A stretch of DNA of 64,000 bases from Fistulifera solaris (lineage: Eukaryota), in the NCBI GenBank assembly GCA_030295235.1, contig AP026134.1, positions 682,001-746,000 on the forward strand, read 5' to 3'. The notes under the pieces are model-generated. The model saw only the letters and a program-made list of their open reading frames with translations. It did not search any database and had not been told where the DNA came from. Each line of letters begins with the position of its first letter. Position 1 is the first letter of the stretch. The translations under genes and the position numbers were made by a program. Shown piece after piece: positions 47,858 through 58,535 of the stretch.

Positions 47858-48355
47858 CTAAGGGCGCCATTGATAGCACAATGCCAATTCTTTGCGCTCG
47901 CCGATGTAGTAATCACCCCGGTCGACTAAATCACAACCCTGTGTAGTGTAAAACTTGGCGGATCTGGCGCGTTCTAGAACCCAAACATTCATAGTTCTTA
48001 CTTGCGCGATACGGTTTAACTCAATGGCGCGATTCCAAAGTTGCGATCCAACACCCTGACTCCATCTTTCCGGAGTGATGTAGAGACTTTGTAGCTCACT
48101 TTGACTCCCCGCATTCCAGCCAAGCTTGGCGTATCCACAGATGACGCCATCCACTTCAGCCACCAGGGTTTCCGTGCGTACAAACTCCGAAGCAGACCAA
48201 GTCCTTCGCTCCTGCGTTTTGCCTAGAAAGTAGCGCTCTATTTCACACTCCTCGTAGATGTGACCATAAGCGCGCTTCCAACAAAGAAATCGAATATTAT
48301 GAAGCACGGATGTGTCGTGATTCATTGCTCTTCGAATGACTACATTCCACGCCAT
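47858..48355 (-). CDS. GNAT-family N-acetyltransferase
   Basis: LVAEVDGVICGYA, ELQSLYITPERWSQGVGSQLW (acetyl-CoA motif A), VWVLE...KFYTTQG. Confidence 0.85.
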   Translation of the reverse strand: MAWNVVIRRAMNHDTSVLHNIRFLCWKRAYGHIYEECEIERYFLGKTQERRTWSASEFVRTETLVAEVDGVICGYAKLGWNAGSQSELQSLYITPERWSQGVGSQLWNRAIELNRIAQVRTMNVWVLERARSAKFYTTQGCDLVDRGDYYIGERKELALCYQWRP

Positions 48356-49509
48356 TTCTTTCGGCAATTCCAGATAGTCTCAAAACTAGGCATTTACGCC
48401 ATTTGATCAGCAGGTTTACAAACGGTTCGGCGGACTATGCATACGAGAATGTCCTCAATTTGTTTATCTCATTATATTATTGACCATCATCTTCATGTCC
48501 AGGTCCATCGCCAACGTTTCGTGCTGGTTCAATCAGTTTTTTCTATTAGTGAGCATCGACATGCAATCGGGACCCGGAGAAGTACCAGTTCGCCTGACTA
48601 TAGACCACAGTGTAGCCTCAACTTTACCACGATTGGGTTTCAGTCATGAATTCACATTTCCCGAGCCAGCCTGCTAATCAACCTCCGTAAGTTTTGCTGA
48701 CTTGGAATGCTGCATAAGTCTTTTCAATGGTGAAATAGTCAATACGAGCATTTACTATTCACGTCTCGATTGTTAACGTCGGATGTCTTGTGAAAAATCG
48801 TTGTCATGCGTAGTCCACAAGCCAAATAATGCCACGAGTCATGAATTAATATTCATCCGAGCCAAAGAGCTATTGTGTCATATGCTTGTCTTTTGTCATA
48901 ATTTACTTTAATGTCATTTTGAAATTCACAAATCAAACTTTGTGAAATCGAAAAGCCATGTGTATTGTTGTCTTTCGTATTACTATATACCAAATGTGGT
49001 TGCGACTTTTCGCCACGACTAAGTTTCAGTGTCTCAGTCATGAGACAAGTACTAGGAGTATTTATTGAAAGAAATGTCCATGTGATTGCCTTTCTTTCCC
49101 ACTATCACATTATCCAAAGCTTCCTCATGGAACACTGAGCATACCACATTATGGAAAGTTGGTTGGTCGTCCTGAGTAAACTATAATAGTTTTATAAGGG
49201 CAAAGGCCAGACGCTCACGAAATCAGGAATCGTCAGGACAACAGGGAGACAGGGAGAAATGACGACACGTGGAAGAGAAGGACAGCGCCGTCTATTGTAC
49301 AAGGGCGTATCGTACCGGCGAAAATGTACGTCATCATCGCTTTCCTCCGCTCCGTCCCCCGTTTCGCTTCGGCTTCTCTTCGTTTCTCGCGCAAGATACA
49401 AGTACATGCAGCCACACAAAATTTTACCGAGTTCGATTTCCGCTGTTTTGTTTGTCATAAAAGCGACGAGTAAACCTATTCCTTTCAAGAGTTCAATAAC
49501 TTACACACA

Positions 49510-49963
49510 ATGTTCCGATCGCGTGTAAGTGTTCTGATCACGAATACACGCTTAGATTCTGGCGATTTGTATTCCCGATCTTTGTCGTTGCGACGAATAC
49601 TGCGAGCCGTGTAGTGAACTTGTGATCGATGGAGATCTAACATTTCGAATTTTGTCTTCTTTCTTAGGCGCTTCTTCGTTCATTGGCTCCATTGGGAGAC
49701 CGTGTCTTAGTGCGAAGGGCAGCAAAAGAGACACAAACTGCTTCAGGTATCTTTTGCCGGCCGACAAAACGAACGATCCAAATGAGGGAACTGTAGTCGC
49801 CGTCGGTCCGGGTGAAAAAGACGTGACGGGCGCCATGCACCCCACGACCTTGAAATCTGGCGATATGGTCCTTCTTCCTGAATATGGCGGTCACAAAGTG
49901 AAGATCGACGACGAGGAACTGTTTCTCTTCCGTGAGTCGGACATTCTGGGAAAATTTGAGTAA
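49510..49963 (+). CDS. HSP10: Mitochondrial co-chaperonin Hsp10/GroES
   Basis: MFRSR|ALLRSLAPLGDRVLVRR...TASGIFLP...GTVVAVGPG...LLPEYGG...ESDILGKFE. Intron 49525-49667; frameshift near 49753. Confidence 0.95.
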
Positions 49964-50070
49964 TTATTTATGGATTGCTCGCCCTATTTCCTTTTTAGAA
50001 TGTTTAAACAGAAGAGATTTTAGCTTAGAAACTTTTAGGTCAAGCGATCTTCTTGTCTTTTCAGCTATTG

Positions 50071-51507
50071 TTAATAAATTGACTCGTCTTCAGCTTGTCT
50101 CTCTTGAAAATTTGGACCTTTTCGTCCACTATTACTTCTCTGTCGATCTGGATGATTGATGGTCGTCCTCCTTCTCTGTTGTCCTTGCCAATCCCTTTCT
50201 CTATCATTCGGCAATGCGTCATCTTTTCCAAGCCTGCGGTCGTCGCGTCGCGCTCTTTCTATGCCACGATCACTGTCTTGCCACCGCTCACCTTTTCGTT
50301 CTAATGAAAAGCGTTCTTTGTAAGACGCGCTTCCTCTGTCAAATCTATCCATATCGTCGCCGTCAACGGGTCGTCTTCTCCTGGGACGGTCTCTTCGAGG
50401 TTCGTCGTCCTCCGAACTCGAATTGTTCTGTTGATTCATAGCCCTTAAAATCACTTGTTGATAAAACAGGGTAACACCGGCAGTGACACGATCTCGTATA
50501 CGATGCTGGCGATCCAAAAACATGAGTCGGTCGAAAAGACGCACTGCCAAGACTGTCAGTTGCTGACGTAATCGCAACTCCATTGCCACCTGCCAAAGTT
50601 CTTGCAGCAATCCCACCACTCGCATACCGGCGGTGCGCACAAGATCTCCCAGGGCAGACGACTGTGTTGCCAAATAAGCAAAGAAGCCCGCGCCCAATAG
50701 TCCTCCCAGCCATTTTGGGACCAATGGAACGTTGCCGCCAACGGTACTACCGACAATGGCAATTGATATTAGAGTGTACATCATGTTAAAGGAGGGAGCA
50801 TTGGAAGAGGGTTGATAATTCCACGGGTTGCTTGCTGGAGGATAAGGGCGACGAGGACCAGCTCGTATACATGCCTTTATATGTCTCCATGTTGGATACA
50901 CTTTCCATACTCTGCGAGATCTGTGCATGGTCCACAGCATCGCCAAAGCTAAAGAGCGGACGCAGTCGCCAAATGCGCCTCGAACCAAGTAGCCGATAGT
51001 AAAAGCCAGTGCACCTGGGTGCCACCAACCATGTAAGAAAAATGCACTTAGCAAGGCACCTGTTGAAAGAGCACTAACAAACAACAACATACGGCCGCGA
51101 AGTGTGGACTGAAATAGCGTCACTGGGTCTCGTCGTGCAGATGCATATTTAGGTATTTTCCCCTCTCTTGACTCGCTATATTCGTCAAGAGCTCTTACAT
51201 TTCCGTCTTTTTCAAAAAGATCCTCGGGTTCCGTAGCTTTGGATCGGAAATTATAATGTATCGGAGTTCTTGCGGTAAAAGCAGACGCAGATTGTTGTGA
51301 TGGCGGCGGCGGTGGCGGTCGATTTCTCCGTTCATCTGGTAAATCTTCCTGCCAGCGAGCATTATAGTAATCGCCAGGACGGTATGGGCCGTCATTCATT
51401 GGATACGATGCCGGGACACCATTACAGTATACAATGCTGAGAAGGGACACGAGAAGTATGAACCCCACAGTCGACTTTCGCCTTGTTCTCATGACCATTG
51501 TGTACAA
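50071..51507 (-). CDS. Hypothetical membrane protein with signal peptide and R/D-rich tail
   Basis: Signal-like N-terminus, two related hydrophobic blocks each followed by GDxVR (FGDCVRSL, LGDLVRTA), charged C-terminus. Confidence 0.65.
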   Translation of the reverse strand: MYTMVMRTRRKSTVGFILLVSLLSIVYCNGVPASYPMNDGPYRPGDYYNARWQEDLPDERRNRPPPPPPSQQSASAFTARTPIHYNFRSKATEPEDLFEKDGNVRALDEYSESREGKIPKYASARRDPVTLFQSTLRGRMLLFVSALSTGALLSAFFLHGWWHPGALAFTIGYLVRGAFGDCVRSLALAMLWTMHRSRRVWKVYPTWRHIKACIRAGPRRPYPPASNPWNYQPSSNAPSFNMMYTLISIAIVGSTVGGNVPLVPKWLGGLLGAGFFAYLATQSSALGDLVRTAGMRVVGLLQELWQVAMELRLRQQLTVLAVRLFDRLMFLDRQHRIRDRVTAGVTLFYQQVILRAMNQQNNSSSEDDEPRRDRPRRRRPVDGDDMDRFDRGSASYKERFSLERKGERWQDSDRGIERARRDDRRLGKDDALPNDRERDWQGQQRRRTTINHPDRQRSNSGRKGPNFQERQAEDESIY

Positions 51508-52078
51508 AGTATTGGCTCTAATACTTCTGTTTCAATAATTTGCCGTTTGACAGTATTCCGGTGCTGTTTAAGCGAAGGACACTATTCCTTAATCATAAAA
51601 TGAAACGACAAAAAGTAATTATGGACAACGAACCGTGGCAATGTTGGAGGACGACAACAAGAAAGCTCTACCTTCATCCATTATTATTTATTTTCCCTTG
51701 CAATCATCCCTTGCAGAATTTTACGGATTATAGATAGGAGAACGGCACGGACTGGATTTAGCATTCTGAAACCATTTTGGACTCTGGTCGAATATGTAGG
51801 CGATTGTCCATATCGAGAAACTAACATTGCTCAACCTGTTAAGGATAAGGATATCTTTAGGAAGAAGCGATACATTTTTATTTCGAAAAGATGAAAGGAC
51901 GTTAAAATTCTGCCTCTCAGTACAAGATTCTACGTAGCGTCTACGACGAGGCAGAGTTTTAACGCCGTTCCATGATGTTGCGTGGTAGAGTAGCAAGACC
52001 AAAACTATAAAAACCGATTCGAAACGATAAGAAGTTTAGAATAAACATACAACAATCGACAAAGCAGGTTGAATCCTT

Positions 52079-54363
52079 TTAATTATCATAGTTTTCTCCT
52101 CTAGGGACCATCCGGTTGATGGAAATATCACAGTCATGGGTGAGAGGTGGCGATAGGCCGCCATAAAAGAAATCAATACACACAACAGCATGCTTCAGGT
52201 CACTTTCTTCAATGTAAATACTCGGATTCGGCAGCATTCTGACCAGTTGAGGGTACGGTTTGCCACTAGTCGAGATCGATAAACCTGCTTTCAGGAAGTC
52301 ATACTCGATCCAAAAAGACGACAGCGTCTACTTGTCCCGTTCTTTTGAATTGTTCCATTGCGCCAACACGCACGCCATCCAAGGGCGTGTTCGCTCCCAT
52401 TTCGAAAGAATCCATCAGAAAATCATCGGTGAGCCTCTTGTAATCAAACTGCCAGAAAAGGGGTATCGATAAATCATAACGGGTGAAGTCTCCTGCGGTT
52501 GAGTTAAGGTGTGTATGGTCCAAGCCGAGAATACATTCGTCTCGATCACCGCATCGAGAATATGCAGATCTGAGCTGTTCGCTTTCAATGACACACGCCA
52601 TTATACGGAAGGAAGAAGGTAGAAAAACTGTTTGGTCAGAAATCATGTTTTCACGTCGCAGCGAACGGCATTTGTAATAAAAGTTTAGACTTTCTTGTAG
52701 ATGCCACCCTTCGAACACATGGTAGTAATCGGCTATAATGATGTCAGGAAATTGACCCCATAAATCGCTCACTGTCAAGTTTTCTAAATGACTGGGAATG
52801 ACGTCAAATTTGGCGGTCGAACCATTGCTGGTCAGGGGTAGACCATTGCCACATTGTGCGATGCGAGCTGCCATAATTGCCAGCTCCTCCGAATTACTTT
52901 CAACGGAAATAACATTGGTTGCTCCCAATACAGCAGCTAAACACGCACCCCACCCTCCATCCGAGATGTCGAGAATTCTTGCCGCTTTGCCATTCGGATG
53001 TGCTGAAAGAGAATACTCCAAAGCAGTCTTAAAGACGTTTAGTCGAGTGTTGTCGTTAAGCTGGTATGCACGAAGAGGAGAAATTAATGCAGAGTATCCA
53101 TCGCCGTTCATTTCAGATTCCACTACCACGCCCTTCCATATTGCTTCGACCAAAACTCTTTCATCGTTGTGAGAAAATTTTAATGAGATCGTATCTTGAG
53201 GCATTGCATCCATTTGGTTTCCACCTGGCAACAGTTGTAGGCACTGATGCCAGTGGTCTTGAAATGGCTGTTTTCCTGGCTCGCAAGAGTATGTAATATC
53301 TTCCCAAAGGTCTAGCTCCCACCAAAGAAGCACTCCAGTTACTGTTCCTTGCGTTTTCACTGAGAAAGCAGTAGAATGTCGACGACCATCAATACCAATC
53401 ATTGCGGCATCTCGACTTGTAAAGTCGAACGCAAACACGGGAACAGCATCTGTAAGACTAATTAACTCATTTGTTTCGAAGAGCTTCTTTGCGTGAACAG
53501 GTATTTGCACGTGACGTGCATCGAGGAGAAAGACCCGATCTGCTAGAATTCAAGCTCCAACGCAACGGTTGACGATAGCCATCTCCGAAGCATTTCGCAA
53601 TCTTATCATTGTGTGGCCCAAAGAAATCTTTCAACCAGTTTTGCCCTCCCTCTTTACAGCCGACAAGTTGCGCAAATACTCTAGCCCGCTGGGGAATCAT
53701 GATGGCATCATCTTGCAAGTGTCGTTCCCATGCATCTCGCACGGCGGGAAGTATGCCCTCCCCAAGTAAACCACTTTCCAAAAGCTCCGATACGCACAAG
53801 TCAGCCTTGGGAGACAAAGGCGGAAGCTCACACGAGTGACCTTCTACTAGGTTTATGACATCGGATAAACCGTTGTCTTGAATCGTCTGTGTCGCTACAC
53901 TTGCCATCTCTTGGGCCATTTCGATAGCAACCACTTCCACTTTGTATGTTTTCAGTGTTTCTTGAAAGGCTTTGGCAGCCAACATGCCCAGTAAACCCGT
54001 GCCACAGCCAATATCGAGTACACGACACGTGCGATTGATGGACTCGCTTTCATTATGAACTCGTTCTTTTAGCTTCTCTACCGCGCTTTGTATTGCCTTT
54101 TGATACATTTCGTTTCTGGTGACATCATTCAGCATGGGAAAGACCCATCGCTTGGTTCGAAAGAATTGAGTGGTAGGGTTCGTGAAGTACTTTCCTCCCA
54201 TCAAGTTTATCCACTGAATTCCTCCATTTTTCTCATCCAAACAAGCCAACAAGACAATGTCGTTTTTGTTGCCGTGCTCATCGGTAGAGCTAATCCGAAC
54301 AAATTCATTGTATCGCGCCGCTTCAAGAGCTTTCGCTAGGTCTTTGGGTATTTCTTCACTCAT
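52079..54363 (-). CDS. PRMT7: Protein arginine N-methyltransferase 7 (tandem PRMT modules)
   Basis: MLNDVTRN, VLDIGCGTGLL, VSELLESGLLGEG, DHWHQ (PRMT7-type THW loop), and a degenerate second module (LNDNTRL, ILDISDG). Frameshifts near 53515 and 52315. Confidence 0.88.
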
Positions 54364-55549
54364 GGTTACTGGTACGTCGCATTGCAGATGATTCTTCGGA
54401 TTCCAAGATTTCACGGCATCGAAAGGATCTCATTATTATTATTTTGTTGTTGATGATGCCAAAGAGTGGCGGGAAAGTTTTACTCTCTAACCTTAAGCGA
54501 CACAACCACGGACTGAAACGCAGTCGTGGTTTCCGAGAATAATCAACACTTTGGCCATAATCAAAATAATACAAAATGTTTAAAATACAATTATGTATAC
54601 TTGAGGCGTGCATTTGAAATAGATATGAGTATGACTTACCACATTTAACGGGATTCAAAATTGAAACAATTGTGTAATGCATAACTCGGAAAATCAAAAT
54701 TCATGCTAAATGACTCATGACTGAAAAGCCCGGTCGTGCTTTTGTTGAGACGTCACTTTGGTCTATACCTGGTACTTTGTATAGTAAACAGGGAAGGCAA
54801 TGATCCTCAAGGATTTCGCTGTAAGAATCGATACTTGTATAAGAAGTGCTGTTAAATCGCAGTACAACAAATGAGGGTTAACAAGATTGCAGAACGAGCG
54901 ACGGTTCACGGCAGTCTGGCTCAACCAGTCATGGATTCATGATTGAAACGCAGTTGTGTTAAAGTCCCTCCTCTCTAGACTTCGGTTCTACCAGGTATGT
55001 TCTATAGTAGCAACTGAAATTAACGTTGAAATCTTTTCGACACACAGAATCCATGCTTGCGTTGCAAATGTAGCTGGGATTCATGTTTCAGGCATAGAGT
55101 AGACAACTTCATCAACAAATGCGAAAACTCAGCGATTGTGACCCAAGACTGGCGCAAGGCGACTTTGAGACAAAAGAAAGCTTCTCAACTAAGACAATCT
55201 CCGAAAAATATTGACAAATACAAGACAATTGTCCAACAGTCGAAATTGAAGTAATTGGTCGAAGTCAGGAAATTCGCGAAGTGCTAGCTCCCCCTGTTGG
55301 CAAATTTGTCGACTGCGAAATAATGTCGTCGTTCGCATTAACGCGCGAATGAGATCGAAAGAGAAGTTACACCCGCACACAAAGAGTGGCTGCAAGATCT
55401 TGGCGATCTGGTTGAAATTACTATCTTAGATTCGACTCAGACACAAATCGAGTTCGCTGGTTTCAAAACATCGATTGATCCAAACGAGAGAGAACAGAGA
55501 TTAAGGAACAGATAAAAAGACAACATTATCATTACCATGTGTGCCAATC

Positions 55550-56513
55550 TCATCGCTGCTGCCCTAGTAGTTGGAGAAGAGAAAGTAATGTCTGAGCCTC
55601 CGGAGTTTGGTTCTGATTCATTCGGAGGCGATTCCGGAGGAGTAAGTCAGTTAGATGTTGAACGCGCTGTAATTCCTCTAATAGTTCCGCTACAGACAGA
55701 TTTTGGGGGATAGGCGTATGTAGCGAGAGCAGGAAGGGAAGCAATTGAATCAAGTCATTGGTATTCGTCCCTCCCGCGGACGCCTGCAATAACTGCTGTA
55801 GCTGCGAACCTAGATTGGCGCCGCCATCCGACGAAGGAGGAGGCGCCTGCGCATTTTGCTCACGAGAAAGTTCGGTGTGCTGCGGTAAACGCGGGTCGAC
55901 GCTCGGTTTGGACGGTGTAGTGCGTGCCGGTCTTTCCGACGACGCCAGTCTTTCTTCTGCCGCTTCACGAATTAGTTTTTCACTGTATTCTCCCATTTCT
56001 TTCTTGTACCGTGCTCTGTCCTTCTCTGCAGCCTCTTCATACTTCTGTTTCTGTTCTTCTGAGAGCGCTTTCCACCTCGTTCCTATAGCTGCACTCATTC
56101 CTGATGCGCGGATTCGATTTGTTGAGCAAGGAAATCGCAGCCACGAGTAGACACAACAGTATAACATGCATCTCAGCACACTTCATGCTCACCTAGAAAT
56201 GGATTTTGTCCTTCAAAATCCTTGTCATCGCGCTTTTCTTCCAACCACTTGACACGCTCTTCTTTGAAAAGAAATTGTACGCGGAAAGGGGACGCGATGG
56301 ATAGCCATCGGGCTTTTTTGCCTTTTTTCGCTTCTTTTGTTTGTTGTCGGCTTCGCCCTCGTCACGGGGCCTTTTTCCGTCGTGATCCGAGTCATGGTCC
56401 GAATCGGGATGATCTTCTTGGTCCGACGACGAGGATGCAGAGGAAGAACCGTCCGCAGCGGTAGCTCCGTTCTCCAGCGACGCCAACTTTTCGTTGGCTT
56501 CGTTCGATGCCAT
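55550..56513 (-). CDS. HMG-box DNA-binding protein
   Basis: PSRPLSAYNFFFKEER...|MSAAIGTRWKALSEEQKQKYEEAAEKDRARY. Intron about 56101-56192, one frameshift near 56268, Q/L-rich tail. Confidence 0.88.
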
Positions 56514-57481
56514 TATTTGAAAGAGTCCGGTCGGTAGTTGCTTGAAGGTAACGTATGAAAGCCCAAGATATCTGGAAATAAAACGGAAGCGAAATAGAAG
56601 ACGGAATGAATGTACTTGTACTTGTACGTGTCACGTGTCATGTTGTGCTTCTTGCGGTCTTCGATTTTGTTGTTGACTGCATTTCTGTATCACTTGGCTG
56701 TCGTCATCAACTCATGACCTATCATTACCACGTCATTGTCTCGTGTTTTAAAAATTCGGGAGCCGTGATTCGATTAATCATTCATCATTCATCATTCGGC
56801 GTTGAGTGTGATGAGAAAAGATGAATGAATAAGTGTGACCAACATCATTATTCTATAATGGTAGTATTATGTGCTTTGTGCTTTGGTGGTGATAAAAGTG
56901 CTGACTTTCGATCCGAAAAAGGCTCTTCTAGGTTGAAAAAAGTTGAACTCGCAGCCATCATCACCAGAGAGCACAAGAATGCTCCACCAGAATGAACTAA
57001 TGAACATAATTGTCTTGATGTTCCATAAAAGTTTTAGAATTGGGGCCGATGTTGCACAGCCCAACAACAACAGATGGTGAAATCGAATGGCATCATATCC
57101 GGGTATCCCCTACATCGACAAATTTCTTACCAGGCCTACGTGAATTTCCAGTAGAATTTCGAAGCGTTGCATCTTTTGAGCTCCAATTACCAGGTAATGT
57201 CGATTAACGTTGAACGATACGCATGTTTAATGATTGTGAAAGATAGAAGGACTTTTGCGACATGTAGATTCGACAAATGGTGAGGAGTTAAAAATGTCTC
57301 ATATCCGGGTTCGCCCTACGTGAGTTATAACTTGCAAATCGAATTTAAAACCTATTTGCCCGATACAAAAGTACTCGCCCTCCATAGCACTACAGAGCTT
57401 CTAACAACATCATCAGAAGGCAAAGAAATCAGTTTTGAAGATAGCAGAAAACGAAAGATTCTGGGTGGAGGGCTGCAAAGA

Positions 57482-58492
57482 ATGAGATTTAGTCTCCACG
57501 GTCTAATCTATTTCATGCTTCTCAAGCAAAAAGTTGTCCAGTCGTTTCTATCGATTTCTTACACCAAAAATAATATCAATAACTATTCCAGGATCACCAT
57601 GGGAGTCGGGTCCTATATGGATGCCTTATCCGAAGCCGCTTCCGAGGCCCTGCAACGCCCTGTCAAGCTACAATCGACTTCGGGTGGAGGCTTCTCGGGC
57701 GGAGGCGGAGCTTCGACTGCCGCTGTGAAAGATGCGGAAAGCGACACCAAATATTTTGTCAAGGCCGCATCGCATGGCGACAAAATGTTGAAAGCCGAGT
57801 TTTTAGGAGTGAAGGAAATGGCTGAGACCAACACCATCCGTGTTCCGACGCCGGTGGCATTTGGCAATTATCAAAATAAAGCGTTTGCCATCTTTGAGTA
57901 TTTGGATTTTACCGGAGGCGGTTCACAGTACGAACTGGGTCAACAATTAGCAAAAATGCATCGGCATTACTCGAATCAGGGATTTGGATTTCATGTAGAT
58001 AATACCATTGGTGCGACTCACCAACCCAATTTACCGTGGATGGACAATTGGGCTGACTTTTGGGACACACATCGATTGGGGCACATGCTAAAGCTCACAA
58101 ATGATGCCGGTCTGAGCCACGACAAAGTAGAGAAGCTTCGTCAAAAGACAAAAGAACTAATGTCGCACAACCCACCACCAAGTTTACTACACGGTGATCT
58201 TTGGGGCGGAAATAAAGGGTTTTGTCGAGATGGAGGAAAAGTTGTCCCCGTCATTTTTGATCCAGCTACCTATTATGGCGATCGTGAAGCAGATGTTGCC
58301 ATGACGTATCTTTTCGGAGGATTCAATGGGGACTTTTACAAAGGATACGAAGACGAATGGCCGCTGCCAGTGGGGCACGAGAAACGACGAACTGTGTATA
58401 ACCTGTACCACATTCTCAATCATGACGTCCTCTTCGGTGGTGGTTACATTAGTCAGGCTCGTGGAATGATTGAACAGATTCTCAGAGATTGA
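57482..58492 (+). CDS. FN3K: Fructosamine/ribulosamine 3-kinase family protein, probably plastid-targeted
   Basis: YFVK, TIRVPTP, FGFHVDNTIGATHQPN, SLLHGDLWGGN, IFDPATYYGDREADVAM, YNLYHILNH. N-terminal signal ending VQS-F. Confidence 0.92.
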   Translation: MRFSLHGLIYFMLLKQKVVQSFLSISYTKNNINNYSRITMGVGSYMDALSEAASEALQRPVKLQSTSGGGFSGGGGASTAAVKDAESDTKYFVKAASHGDKMLKAEFLGVKEMAETNTIRVPTPVAFGNYQNKAFAIFEYLDFTGGGSQYELGQQLAKMHRHYSNQGFGFHVDNTIGATHQPNLPWMDNWADFWDTHRLGHMLKLTNDAGLSHDKVEKLRQKTKELMSHNPPPSLLHGDLWGGNKGFCRDGGKVVPVIFDPATYYGDREADVAMTYLFGGFNGDFYKGYEDEWPLPVGHEKRRTVYNLYHILNHDVLFGGGYISQARGMIEQILRD

Positions 58493-58535
58493 TTTAGAAA
58501 AAAACGTATCCTAGCTAGAGAATTATTATGAAGCA

